From: Antedon mediterranea
Lineage: Eukaryota; Animalia; Echinodermata
Assembly (NCBI RefSeq): GCF_964355755.1
Contig: NC_092676.1
Location: forward strand, 15,022,871 to 15,086,870
Direction of reading: 5' to 3'
DNA: 64,000 nucleotides
The notes under the pieces are model-generated. The model was not told the origin of the DNA, did no database searches, and saw only the letters and a program-made list of their open reading frames with translations. The stretch's first letter is position 1. Every line of letters begins with the position of its first letter. Positions 48,580-62,917 of this stretch are shown here, in pieces. The position numbers and the translations under genes are program-made.

Positions 48580-51500
48580 TCACAGATCTGTGAAGACAAA
48601 AATACAAATTTGTTACATGGACCATTAAAATGATCAGTCTAAATGTAAATTTTGAACGTATATTTAATGATGTAAAATAAGAAGCAGAATACAGTGTACT
48701 ATCACCTATTGATTAGTGTACCGAATACCTTGCTTCCATGAATGAGAATTACGATAGTGGAAAACATAATCCATAGTGCTATGGCAAGAGGTTGGAGGCT
48801 TACTCGCTCCATGGTTCTGGTGGTAGAATGAGTCTTAAAAATAAGTACTACAAACTGTAGGTCCAGTGTACGTATGTTTATGTGCACTTTCAAAGAACCT
48901 AGTACAGTACATTTTTTTTTTCACCATGTCAATTTTCTCGTTTGTATAATAGTTGAACTTTGAATTTGATATTTATTTACACAGGGCCCAGTTATGATCG
49001 GTGGTTGTATGTAGTACTAGTACACCGGGGTAACCCCCTACTCGTCTTGAAAAATGTACTAGGTTCTTCAAAGTGCACATGAGCTAAATGTGTACACTGG
49101 ACAGTTTATAGTCCTTATCTGAGAAGACTTGTTCTACCAACAGAACCATGAAGCGAGCGAGCCTCAAACCTTTGCCGATATTAAGGCTACGTAATTACGG
49201 TTCCGCTGTCTTAACCACTCGACCACTCACTCATTTCATATTATTTATTCCGCCATTACCATCCACAGGCAAATTATCAAGAGGTTCTCTCTTTCTGTTG
49301 AAATTGTTAGCTATTCATCTTCATGGTTTCTTATTTTAATGGGGAAAACAGAAATTGAAACTAACATTTAATTTTTTTTCCCATTTAATCCTTGTATTTG
49401 ATTGTATCACATTACCATATCATCAACCATCAACTATTCTGAGATATATGAACAAATTAAGTTAAAGCTTATCCAGTAGATACTTACGTCCTGTTACTGT
49501 GTGCTGCTTGCCATTTTTACTTGGTTTTACTTGTGTGTTGTGTCCTGCTGGTGTACTATGTGATACCCAGTTAGCACCTTAAAAATTGTATAAACATTTT
49601 AATTGTGCTTCTTTAATATAAAAACATTTTATCTATTTCAAAGCAATATAAATCATACAAAACCAATTTAGAGTATATAGAAAATGTACTTGTTACACTC
49701 ACACCAGGGAAATGCTTCAATTATACAATTAACTATAAGAATTCAAGACGAAAATAGTCTAATGTAATAAATATACCATTTTGGCAAAAACTAATGGTAA
49801 CAAAACTACCGGTTGATGGCAGTATATTCCATAACTAGTGGTGCTGTGCATATAGGTCAACCAAAGCAATTTAATTGTTTTATAGCATCTTTCCCTCTAC
49901 TTTCTATTTATAGAGTTAAAGATAAAGTGCCATACTACTAATTATTAAACGATATGGACATCAGTTTGGTTCATCACCTTATAAACCAAATAAAAAGAAA
50001 ATTACCTTGTGAATTGAAATAGGTTGGGAAGAGATTATTAGCAATGGGACTGTCTGTTTCTGTTAATGTTTGTAGAGACTGCAACCAATGAGGTGGTTCT
50101 TCTGTTGATAAATCTGAAGATAACAATAACAGTAATTTATATAAATAACAATATGTATATCTATTTTTTTATATCTATCTTTTAATTTAAGAAAATGTTT
50201 ATATTTAATGTACTGTCATTCTTTGTTTTTTAAACCAGAATGTATAAATAAAAGAAGCTTGCTATATAACTACTTTTATTTAGTCTTGAACATGGTAACA
50301 CCAACAACATTTTTAAAATAATAATACTTACTATCTCTGTCATGATTATTTGGTACACTGGGAGGTGCTGCTATGCGAACTATTGCAGGATCTTGTGTTT
50401 TCCAAGAACCGGTACTATTTTCTTTTGAAACCCAGTTACCTAACATAAAAATACTGTTGTTTAAAGATGCATTGTTCTCCAAAAATATTATAATAAGATT
50501 ATTAAAATCAGACTTTGAATATGCCATTTTGCAATTTCAATAAATCTATTAACGTTACTAAATAAGACAGTTAAATTTAACCAAAAACACATTGTCTGAC
50601 AGATAATTTCACTATTTTTTAATTGGGACAATATATTTTTAATTGTTGGCCCTGTAGGAATTTTCATACCAGTTGATTCCAAGGATGATTCATAATTTGC
50701 AGCACCAAAACTGATGTTAATATTGGGTAGTAATGCCCTAAAACCATCTTGCCAGCTTTTAAGATCAGATACATGGTTCTGTTGTCTGCTGTCAGCTGAT
50801 TGACTATTGTGCTGCTGAGACTCATGAAATATATGATTTGAGAATCCTGGCAGTTGATGCTGTTGACCAAGGCCAGGGGGAGCTTGACTGTTATTTACTT
50901 GCTTTTGATTCATCTGCATTAAACTCAATATTTTACTACCTCCACCTAATAGAAAACAGTAAGCATTGTTGATACATAAAGTGCTTCATAATGGCAATGC
51001 CCCCACTTTTGCCCTCTGGGCCTATTTCAAAACCAGTTGAAATTGTTTCTCCGCAATACAATAAAATAAAGTTGATAGCTTTGAGTTTTTGTGCTTCATA
51101 ATGGCAATGCCCCCACTTTTGCCCTCTGGGCCTATTTCAAGAACTGTTGAAATTGTTTCTGCGCAATACAATAAAATAAAGTTAATAGTTTTGAGTTTTT
51201 GTTGAATTACAATGTTAAAATGACAATGTATATTTTTATGAATTAAAAATATAAAATATAAATCAATTTAAAGAATGAACAACATAGTATCTATAGATTG
51301 ATCAGAGAATCTAGAATTAAAATTTGATCATAATATGCATATAATCAAAGTACATGCCGGGCAATATATGTTTACAACAAAATATCTAAGTTTGTGTTAT
51401 CTATTAGATTTTATAAAACCTCATGTATAGCTTTGCTATTTAGTTCTTCACTCTGCTCTAATCTAACCTGTCAATTGTTTAATTCTAATAAAACTAATAA

Positions 51501-54500
51501 ACATTCATAAATTAAACAATATTACATTACTAACCTGGTGGATGTCTGCTGGGTATTGTGAAAGGACTATGATTTGATGGTTGGCTTCCAAAACCTGGTG
51601 GGGGTTGTGTTAAGCCTGGTGGCTTTTGTGGCTGATGCTTTAGTTGCATTTCTGTTGCAAGTAAATCGGCTAAACCCTTCTTAGATTCTTTAAATGGATC
51701 AAAGTCCAATTCATCTTCACTGTGATTATCTTCCTTTTCATTGAGAAAACCAAAAGCTTGCTGCCAATCTGTTGTTGAACTTCCTACCGGCAAAGAATCA
51801 GAACTCAATATGCCCTCACTCCAATCTGTGAATTTACAAAATAAATTGAATTACTATATAAAACAATAAAACAAGCATACAGTATTTTAAATTATTTAGT
51901 ATTTAGTTCTTCTGCATTTTGTTGTTTATTTTTATGTTCATTTTTTCAATTTAAACACAGACTGTCCAACTCAAATGTAAAGATTGGTAAACTTTTTAGC
52001 TATGTGTATGGACAACTTTTTATTGATGATAAGTCTCAAATAATGATTTCAAAATTGTTTTCACTGTCTAAAGACATTTTTTTTAAATTACATATTTTGT
52101 TTTTTTTTATTTTTGATTTATTACATTTGGAAATAGCATATTTCTAATATAATTCTATTGATCAATTAATTTCCAAGTTCCAATTCAAATTACATTTTAC
52201 ACATTCCGAGACATTTCTGCTTTTTAAAAAATTGATTATAATTTGAAAGTATCTAGTTTAACATACCTTGAGGAGCTATTGGATGTATACCTAAGGAGTT
52301 TGAAAGTGCTGGTGGCGGTTCAAGAGCTGGTGGTTGAGAAGGTGGTAAATTTGTCATCCGATGTAAATTTTTTGATGGCATGCCAGAGCTGGGACCAAAA
52401 AGACCATTCTCTGAGAAGAATGATGAAGTTGTTCTGGTTGATGTAAATGGAGATATAGTTTGTGGAGGTGATGGATTATCATTCAACAATTGACAATTAT
52501 TTGTTGGCCTTGCTGACATCATGAATGATGGCAACTCATCTTGACCTGGTGATGAACCTTGCTGTTGTATATTTGTAGGTAACACTTCTATGTAATTATT
52601 ATGTTCAACAGTCTCTGGACTAGTTTCTGTTGGTGAGAATCTTTCATTCTGCTTTATATCTCGTTGTAATGTAGGCCATGCTTCCTTTGAGTTTGTACTT
52701 GGAGGGTGTGTTGTTGCCAATGGTGGAGAGCTCGGCTTTGACCTATGGTATAGACGTATCAAATAACAATTACAAAAAGTTTACCAGAAGCTATAACCGC
52801 AATACTCCAGTTCTCACTATATCATTGATATGAGAGGGTTTCCTTTAATATTTTTTATTTCGAGACATGCCTCCTCTAAAATGTAGCTGTAAGCAATGAC
52901 TCTTAAAATATTTATTCATTTCAAATGAATTATCCTCAGAATGAAAAGTAACCCCCACTTAAAAAATGTATTAGGGAAGCAAGAGATGTAGATATGAATC
53001 AGATGTTGTGACATCCATTACCATAATCATATGACTATATGAATTTGAAAAATTGGATTTCCATCTCTTTTGATTATTCATGCCTGATAATCCTCAAAAG
53101 GAAAATATGTTCTTGCTCAGACTATAATCTTTCACAAGCCAAGCACAACCCTGATACTCTTCATATTTATGAGAAGCATACAACCATACTTTTCTTATCC
53201 TCATTAAAATTAAAAATATTTATGCATACTTGATTTAATATTACCTTGTTAAAGAAGAAGCTCTTGGTCTTTCTGAGGAAAATGACGCTGTTGTATTATT
53301 TGTTGAGGCCTGAGAAGGTACTGCACTATTTGATTGGTTAAACATATCATGAATCAATTTTTGCTCATATTCTTGATGTTTTCTGTAAGAAAAAAATTCT
53401 TAAATTCACAAAAAAAGCAACACAATGTTTAAAATAATGCATTGTAGCTTGGGTACTGGGGTGCACATGGGGTTTCTGGAGTAAAAATCATCAATGTTGT
53501 TAAATATAATTCAATAATATTATGTCAAAAAGCAACAATTTGGATGAAGTTCTCAGTTTTGTCGCTGCATCTTTGCTTGACAAGTTTCAGTGCTATTTAC
53601 AACTCTCTATAAAAGGTAAGAGTGCCATTTCTTCTCAGCATTTTTTCATCTCAGCCCCAATATAGGATGGGTATTCTCAAATCAATTTTATATAGGTCTA
53701 AGCCACAGTTAATTCTGTTGCTTCAGATATAACTGAACATCGTCCGGTGGATAAATTGCCATTTCAAACCTTCTGAACAACAAACAAATTCATCCACCCC
53801 AGATAGATTTTCTTGGTTCTTTTCTCAATGCGCAATACTTAAAGCAAAATATCATTTCTCTATGAAGAAAAAATAGAAATCTTTCATACACTGGAAATAT
53901 TGTTTACATTCAGAAGATTTGACACGTATCACAAAAAAAATGAATAATTATGAGTACCCCATTTGCATGTCCTCTTTTGTGAAACTTGCTGTTCCTTCAC
54001 CTAATTCGTGTAAATACATACAATCCTAGAAAACACAAAATATAAATTGTTCACTCGTCAAGTAATTTACTACAGATTTCATGGTGACAAAAACAAAAGC
54101 TGTCTAGGTATGTTTTCCAAAAGACAAAATTGTTTGTTTGTTGACCTGACAGTCGTTGTAATCATTCAGTTATTTAACACGATAAACAAACAAAATATTA
54201 ATAAATTTCACCATCAGCATAGAATTTTTTTTCTAATTGTAAGCTTCTGTCAAAATGTTGATTGATGAAATAAAGTTTCCACTCATAGCGGAGCGGTGGT
54301 TAGCATTAGCCCAGTTTAAAATCTTTATCTTCACCAATGCACTAGGATGGTTTTAGTAGCTGATAACAGTGCACAATGTCATCCTTCCAATTCCAGGCAA
54401 GGTTTAAAGATGTATTGTTCCCCAAAAACATGAAAAATGAAGATTAATAAAAAAAATTCAAAAAACTATACATTTATAAAAAAACAGGTTAAATCAAACC

Positions 54501-57500
54501 GAAAAACCCATTGACTTCCTTCCAGTCAATTTGAATATTTTTTGCTTTAATTTGACATTTTCAGGTTCAGTAAACGAAGGCCCTGATTGCATTTTAATAT
54601 TTGCTATTAGTCAGATTGCATAAGAGTGATCTAAAAACTAGATAACTTTAAACTTTTGTTATAAATATAAAATAAACAGTTGTCTAAATATCTCCAAATT
54701 TGTTGTATTTTTCATTATTATTTCTTGTTATCAAATTCATCTATCTACTTTTATCAAAATCAAAAGATTGTTTTTACCTGTTTGGGACAAGACATATTTT
54801 TTAAGAAATTACTACAATATTTTGTAGTTCCAAGAGATGCCTTTAAAGTTCTTCCATCTACATGTACATTGTTAACTGCTTGTATTGCTCTCAATGCATC
54901 TTCTGCTTTTTGATACGTCACATAAGCGCTGGCACTTGGGCCCTTTCAGGAGGAAAGAGGAAAAATTAATTACAAAACATTTATCATAGCACAAATTTAC
55001 TACACTACATTAACTACTAACCAAAATAAATAGGATACTTTAAATTTTCAGATGTAAAACAAGATTTCTAATTGGCTGCCAACCTTCTACAGATGATGTA
55101 TATTGTAGTAATATCTGTATATGTACATATTTTCTGAATTATAATTTGTTGTACATCTCTCTGAATAAAGTGGTGACTGCTAGAGTAAGAGATAATATTA
55201 TTGGTATGAAAAAAACATAAAGTGTGATAAAAAAAAAGTAATTCAAATTTACCCCTTGTCCAGCATATGCTGTATTTTGGTTGACGACAACTTTCATTAT
55301 TTTACCGAATTTACCAAAATATTCTTGCTTTCTCAAAACCTTAAAATTTAAAAACACAATATAAATATTTATGTGTCTGGTAATATACAATTTTTATTTA
55401 TTGTTTAGCTAAACCTACAGTACCAAGAAATAGGAAATTGTTAGTAGAATATAAATACATTTATTATTAAAGAGAAATAATCATTTTGAAAAATATAGAG
55501 TTTATCATGGAGGTATTACCTTTATGGTATATATTGAGTCATAATAACTTTTAATAGTCTTTATTTAATTCTGTACATTGTTTTGCTCTGTTCTTTCTTA
55601 CAGTGAGGGTACTTTTTTCTCAGGATGTTAATACTATCTACAAATTATCATTTATTCTGAAGTATTCTGTTTCGGTTACTCTAGCTTAACAGGTACCGCC
55701 ATAGGTACATACAGTAGGTATAAGGTAAACGGTGAATAGTTTGTCAGCTAGTATTCTGTTTCAGTTACTCTAGCTTAACAGGTACCGCCATAGGTACATA
55801 CAGTAGGTATAAGGTAAACTGTGAATAGTTTGTCAGCTAGTATTCTGTTTCAGTTACTCTAGCTTAACAGGTACCGCCATAGGTACATACAGTAGGTATA
55901 AGGTAAACGGTGAATAGTTTGTCAGCTAGTATTCTGTTTCAGTTACTCTAGCTTAACAGGTACCGCCATAGGTACATACAGTAGGTATAAGGTAAACTGT
56001 GAATAGTTTGTCAGCTAGTATTCTGTTTCAGTTACTCTAGCTTAACAGGTACCGCCATAGGTACATACAGTAGGTATAAGGTAAACTGTGAATTGTTTGT
56101 CAGCTAGTATTCTGTTTCAGTTACTCTAGCTTAACAGGTACCGCCATAGGTACATACAGTAGGTATAAGGTAAACTGTGAATAGTTTGTCAGCTATTGAC
56201 GCTGTAGTCCAAAATGTGATCTAAGTGAAACTAACATCCTTTTGGTGACTGAAAGTGACATAGCTCTAGATATAAATACAATTTTAATTTTAAAAATCGG
56301 GTATGGACAAAAAGGCCATTACTTCCTTTAGAAAACACATGGTTTACATGAATCTAACAAAGAACTAGATTTAATTTGTCACTATGACGAATTATAGGTT
56401 ATATGCGTTGATTTAAATAAAGATAATTGATTGATTTAAGATGTATTGATTGATTTATTTTCTCAGAATCTTTAGTTATTTATAATATATGATAGGATCT
56501 TGCTAACGCAAATACAATAGCCGGTATCATAATCCGATCAAAGATCCTTCTGCGTATATAATGTCATAAACCACATTTGTGTTTTATCTAGATTTCATTA
56601 TAAATCATGTGTATAATCTTTACACTAAGAAATACAATTGAACAAACAATACGGATAATAAAAAAAAATCTTATTTTGTTTCGTTTCCCAAGGTGAGACT
56701 CGAACTCGATACCTTGAATGCTACAGACACGAGCAAAGACCACCGAGCCATACACAACTGACTAAAAGTTATAGAAAGATTCCTCCGTGTATTTACTATG
56801 CAGCAACCACTTTGGTGCAGATAGATTATTACATACCGCAATGAATTATAATGTTTTACTATGATGACATCTTTAAAAATTTTTTTAAATGGTGCACTGT
56901 CAATATTTTAACTTTAATATATATATATATATGAACTTCTTAAGGAAGAAAGTTAATGTTAAGTTTGTTATTTCGGCCTAAGAAAATTGTATAATTTGTA
57001 TGATTGTCAAAATTTATTTTTAAAAATTTAATATGCCATTAATGATGACTTAAGTTTTGTTCTCTTAATTTCAAAATAATTCATACATATGATACATAAA
57101 CTTCAAGAAAATTAAATAAAAAATAGGTGTTCCTGAGCATTCTAACGATATATATTAATTTTAAAATTTAGCATATTTTCACCATTTTGTTAACTTACAC
57201 GTGCGTAGCCTGTCACTTTTGACGTGCTCGTATAACGCTGTTTCGCATTGAAAAGTGAATAAAATATGATATTATTAAAGAAATGTTATACAACAGTAAT
57301 CGGACAAAAACAGTGCGCATTAACGTTTGACGTGCAGTGCGCGTGCAAAAATCTGCGCACTCATGGCAATTTTATAAACACTTAAAATTGCCTGAAGCGT
57401 ACTCTAATTTCATCGAAAATAAATTCTGACAATTTTTAACATTTTAAGCACGCGTTATATGCGCTACGCACGTAATTGTATTGCCATATGATGAAATATG

Positions 57501-60024
57501 ACCTGAAATTTATGAGTACCAAATTTTGTTTAAAAGTGATTCATGCTTGTGAAGATATGATTACAAACGTGATTTCGTTAAATCGCGCGTAAACCGCGTA
57601 ATTTTTGATTGCACACCGTGAAAACATAACCACATCGATTCCTGGCCATAAGGAATATACTCTGAATAATTGACTTAGCTGAAACATGATACCAAGATAA
57701 TTCACGGACAAAATAGTGCTAAGGAAAGAATAAATAAATAAATAAATAAATAAAGATCCTGACAGAATCAAGAGGTTATATGCATATCATGCATATAACC
57801 TAATAATGCACTACATACCTCATTATCAGCTAGTCTTGTTGAAAGACCAACAACAAATACTAGATTTTTCTGTACAACCCTAAGAAAGATGGTAAGTAAA
57901 CAGCAATCATTGTAAAGAATGAAGTTAGAAGAACAAGTGTGAATGCATTCCAATTATGTATTAATAAGCCTATCCACTTTAAAACAAACCAACTTTATTG
58001 CCATTTAAGATGTGTGGAACATTCAAGCAAAAACAGTACCTGACACTAGCAAGATGTTTCCTATTCTCTGATACTTTTTGCCGTCTTTGATGATCTTTCA
58101 GCTTTTTTTCATTCTTTATCCTTTGTAATCTATAATTAATGATAAGTATGTTTTCAAAGTACCGTATCCAAGTTAAAAGTGCATTTTTGGTTGTGAATTC
58201 TTATACTGTACTGTATATGGAAGGTTGTTTCTTAACTTGGTAGAGCAGTATAAAAATGCTCTGTTGTCTAATGCTTTTTTGGTACAATGAGGTAATTTTG
58301 AGATTGAATACTGTACATTTAGATTTAGAATGAGCATTTATTAAAAGAAAATAAAAATTAAGATAAAGACATTCATGTTTTTATCTCATCTGATATTTAA
58401 AGTTTTTATAAAAGTGAACTTAATAAAAGAATATAAAATAAAATATATAGTAGTATACACATCAACTGGCATAATAACTTTTAATAAACTTGATTGAGCT
58501 AACATTTTAAGAATATGGTTTGGGAGCAGTATGTATTCCATACAACAAATCTACAACGAATACATGATTCAATTCAATGGTCTTTCCAAATAGCATACAG
58601 TATTTTCTTTCTGTACTCCCTTTCTAAATTTACTGTAAATGTTATTAAAATATTATTTCAAAACAGTCTTACTCTTCTTCTGTCAGTGGTTTAAAGTTTG
58701 CTGGGTGTTCTTGGTAAACTTTCCTACATGCAGGACACAAACCATTTTCGTCTGTACGGATACGATGCCAGCAAAAACGACAAATCTATCAAGTATTTTA
58801 AAGTGAGAACCTTGTGTAAATAATCCTTTTTATTTAATTTTAAAATATGCCCCTATTTTATTACCTACTGTATATTAACTCAACATCTGACAGTTAATAA
58901 ATGTGAATTACTATTAATATTCCAAAATATAACCTACCTGATAACCACATGTACAGGGAAAAAAATTCACATCATCAATTTCAAGAGTTTCCATGCACAA
59001 TGGACACTAAACAAAAAAGATTTAAAACATCTCAACAAAGTTTTATACTTTTCCTTTCAATTTCAAAGCATACTGTAAACAAAATCATTTTTAACAATTA
59101 TCAAAAACCAAATGTAACTCTTACAATAACAGGCAAAACTAAAAGTGTGTTTGGTATCAACATTTTTATATTTTGAATTTATGTGTACATAATTTTGTTT
59201 TGTAAAATTGCTATAGTGTGTGCAAACAATTTAAAGATCAATTTTGTTTGTTGTTTCTTTTTTGGTTTTTTTGGAGGAGGGGGGGGGGCACCTAAATTTC
59301 AAGCAATGCTTATGAAGAATGTACAGTACAGTGTGGATGTGAAAATGGATTGGAAGTGATTCAAAGAAAGTAACATTTTTTTGGACATTTTTAACTATGA
59401 AAGTTAGCTCTTCTGGTCAATTTGAGATTTAAAATGCGTTACAAATGAAACAAAACCAATTTAAAATGTACAGTAACTTTACTTTTATATTTAAAACTGT
59501 TAGAGTGTTACCAGCTTTTTTTAGATCTAATTTAAAAATAAATACTGTATGGTCATATTGTCACTTTTTTTGCCTACATAAATGATTAAAAATGTGAAAA
59601 ATAAGTTGATTCTAATAATTTAAGCGGCCCGCTATAAATCCCAATATGCATTGTGTGGACTGATATTTTAGTTTTCTTCTGTGATTCCCCAACTTTTAAT
59701 CGATCATGAAGGCCAAACACAAATAGAAGAATTGTAACTTTTTTATATAATTAACAAATTCTGCCAAAAACAGAAAGACAATTATGCAGCAACTAGACAA
59801 CATCAGACTAGGCCTATAACAAAAATACGATGTCCGTACGTTGCTGCTGTTTTACATTTGCATACGTACATTTGTACACAAAGGTAAAAAATAATAGGGA
59901 ATGGGTCTAGTATAACCTGTGTACTGTACAGGCATACCAGTACTGGGATGTTATGTAAAGAAAAATGTGATGGAAAGTGGATCTGTAAATGACTTACATC
60001 AGCTGGTTCGTCATTATTAATCAT
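48580..60024 (-). CDS. CNOT4: CCR4-NOT subunit 4, RING (C4C4)-RRM-C3H E3 ligase, 16 coding exons as reconstructed
   Basis: Exons 60024-59998, 59006-58938 (CPLCMETLEIDDVNFFPCTCGYQ), 58785-58673 (ICRFCWHRIRTDENGLCPACRK), 58129-58040, 57879-57819 (VVQKNLVFVVGL), 55339-55253 (EYFGKFGKI), 54942-54778 (SAYVTY..ASLGTTKYC), 54025-53958 (DCMYLHE), 53382-53245, 52742-52267, 51825-51535, 50945-50670 (WQDGFRALLPNINISFG), 50439-50332, 50113-50006, 49577-49488, 48587-48580; the last exon is the least certain. Confidence 0.93.
48750..48905 (+). mobile_element. tRNA-derived SINE, diverged partial copy
   Basis: Aligns by eye with the reverse complement of 49055-49200 (CATGGTTCTG.TGGTAGAA, ATGTGCACTTT.AAGAACCTAGTACA). 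Confidence 0.6.
48975..49232 (-). mobile_element. tRNA-derived SINE, near full length
   Basis: A-box TGGTCGAGTGG and B-box-like GGTTTGAGGC at the 5' end, TAAATAAAT tail; related copies elsewhere in the window. Confidence 0.65.
50981..51201. repeat. 110-bp tandem duplication in a CNOT4 intron
   Basis: GTGCTTCATAATGGCAATGCCCCCAC.. at 50981 and 51091. Confidence 0.9.
55661..56195. repeat. 89-bp minisatellite x6 in a CNOT4 intron
   Basis: AGTATTCTGTTTCAGTTACTCTAGCTTAACAGGTACCGCC.. repeated six times, near identical. Confidence 0.95.
56362..56850. repeat. Dispersed repeat shared with ~28990-29330
   Basis: Both copies start AACTAGATTTAATT..TCACTATGACGAATTATA and share AAATACAATAGCCGGTATCA.AATCCGATCAAAGAT. 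Confidence 0.7.
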
Positions 60025-62917
60025 CTTAATCTTCAGACTTTTTTGATGAAATTAATCTCAAATGCTCCTGTAAAATAGTCAATAGTGTAATTAAAAAGAG
60101 TAATAAATTAGTATCACTTAAATCTACTGTATGTTATTTTAAAGAGATCATAGCTAGATGTCTGGTACTAACTATGCTATTTTCAAAATATAGTTATGCA
60201 CAATTTTGACCCTATGAAAAATTTAAAAAAAACATATACATTATGGCAAAACGTAAACGGAATGAACTTGATTTAACTAGTGTTAATAAACTTTGAAATG
60301 TTACCAACTAATTATTGTGTTATTATTGCTTGGCTCGTTTATTGCTATCAAATTACGTCAAAATAAAGGAGCTTAAAAAACATGTGGTGTTTTTATTTGA
60401 TTATGACACCTCTGCACATGCGCATCAATCAAAGCCCCGCTCTGCTATTTTTATCACCCATGCTGCTGCTAGCTCGCGATAAACAATAAACGACCAACAT
60501 TATGCCGCTAAAAACACATTGAGAAACAATAATTTACTACTGTAACATGTTTTATTGGTACAGAAAATAATGTAACTTTTAAAAAAGGTAAACTGAATTA
60601 GCTTAATATTAATAAAGTAGGCCTAGTCCTATCAGTATTATTTAATTAAAACTAGCTTGACACAATCATAGCCTAGGCCTTCCCTACGCTAGACCGTACC
60701 GGGCAGCATTCGGACCGGTGATTCAAAGCATTTTCAGTGACAACGTGATGACTTTAAAAATATGTTTTCAGGAAACCGGACTTTCGAAAAACCGGAAAAT
60801 ATATGCCCGCCCAAGGGTGTCCGGTATTGGGAGAGTTGACTGTACAAACATAAAATAAACAATTTAAAAATCAAGGAAAAGAAAAGAAGCATTACATTTA
60901 AAAATGGATTAAATTGCATTAAAATTTCTCATCTATTAATCTAAATACAACTTTTCATTGTAGATACAGTATGTAACAACATACAGTAGTCTCAGTAAAA
61001 TTTAATAAATGATTGACTTAGTAGTAAATGAATGACTTACTAAAATACCTCAGCTAGAAAATAATAACGCCTAGGTATTAGGCTAGGCCTCTAAAAAAGG
61101 TGCCCTTATGGTAACATGGAACTCAACCCAACCCAACTGTGTTGACAAAGCGCTCCGAGTAACTGAACACACTGAAAGGCACCCACAAAATTCCACATAA
61201 ACTTAGTTGCTTTAAGTTGCCCATGTTCTACTTTTTTGGAATTGAAAATGGATGGGTAACCGCGATCAGTGATTTTACATATAAGCGCTCGCGCATACTG
61301 GTTTTTATACAAAATGAATCACATCGTGGGCCCCATAAGTTAACCAAGACTAGTTACAATCAGTTCTAGTGTCGATATAAGCGCTCGAATTGACGACATA
61401 GGCCTAGGCCTAAGCGCTCTTGTGTGTGTTACAGTAACCAAATTATTGATCGTACGTGGGACTCACATCCTGTGTAGCAGCAGTCGTTAAGTCTTTTACT
61501 TTATTCTTATGTTCTTTTTTTGCTAATAAAAATATACCATCTAGGCCTAGCAGAAACAAATGGTTTAGTACAAGCAAGAAAAACAAGATTTGAACTTGTC
61601 ATTTGACATTTGTTGATGAGTACTGTTAGTGTTAGTTTAATCCGCACAAAAAACTCCACAGGCACCTAGGTTAGAAAATATAAAAAGAAAAATATTCATC
61701 ATTTTAATGTTGATAAAACTATTATTAAAATATTTAATAATACTGTAATTCTTTTACATATATTATAGGGCTAGGCCCCTAGCCTAGTTTATTACATTTG
61801 TATCACGAACCAGTGGAAAGAACATTTATTTTAATGGTGAAAAATTATAAATCCAATTCATTTTTGTAGACCCGAACGTCTTTCCTTTATAATTATTAGA
61901 TTTTTAGAATGGGCCCGATCATCCATCTAGCCTAGCATAATAACAGTTGGCCGCGAACGTACACACAGTTTTAGGCTTGAAGGTCCACACGCGTTGGTAC
62001 CCAATCGTTTTAAGAATAAGCCCGATCGTCCATCAATCATGTAGTCTATGCCTACTAGGCCTAGTCTAGCCTAGGCCCTAGCTAGTAGTAGTAGTCTAGG
62101 CCTAGCCTAGTTAGGTGGTAGGCCTAGTAGGCTAGCCTAGCCTAGGCCTAGGCCTAGCATAATTCTAATTGTAATGTTACTAACTAAACAAACCTAATAA
62201 AATGTAATAAACAATGTATCACATTCACATCTCACCAAACTAAAATTATGATAGTAATGTTTCACATTAAAATATTTATATTTTACAGATAAACTTACTA
62301 ATACTTTTTGTTAGTATATTGTCCAATTGCGGGAAATCAGCAACAGAAATTCTAGGCCTAAACACCACCGTCGTACATATACAATCGATGTACGTACACA
62401 CATCATAAACGTAGTATGGTGGGAGGAGGCTAGTACTCTGCTCTGTGTGTGTATATAGGAGGCTAAGTACAGTAAAGCCCGGATGTACACACAGGTATCA
62501 TTGATTGTAGAGGGCGTATGCTACAAAATTAGCATCCTCTGGAGAAAGTTTCTTCTCAATATGAATGAATTATTATTATTACATCTCAGCCAAATTAGTC
62601 AATAAAATACACGTAATTAGTCAAAAATGAAAACACAATGTAAAGTAAAGTTTGTTTTATTGCTGATTACTTCAGTAATAAATAATAGAGCAGCTCTATG
62701 AACTTAACATTCAAATGCAATGTACTTTTTTAACGGGCCCACTAGATACTGTTGTACAAATTAATGTTTGGGGATATTTATTTTCCATTACTTCATTGAC
62801 GATTATTTGTGTAGACAGATTAGTAGAAGGTGAAAGAATATCCATGTTTGTTATTTATGTGCATAAATCAAGAATAATTATGTTATAGTCATGTATTGTA
62901 GTCATATGTGTCATATA

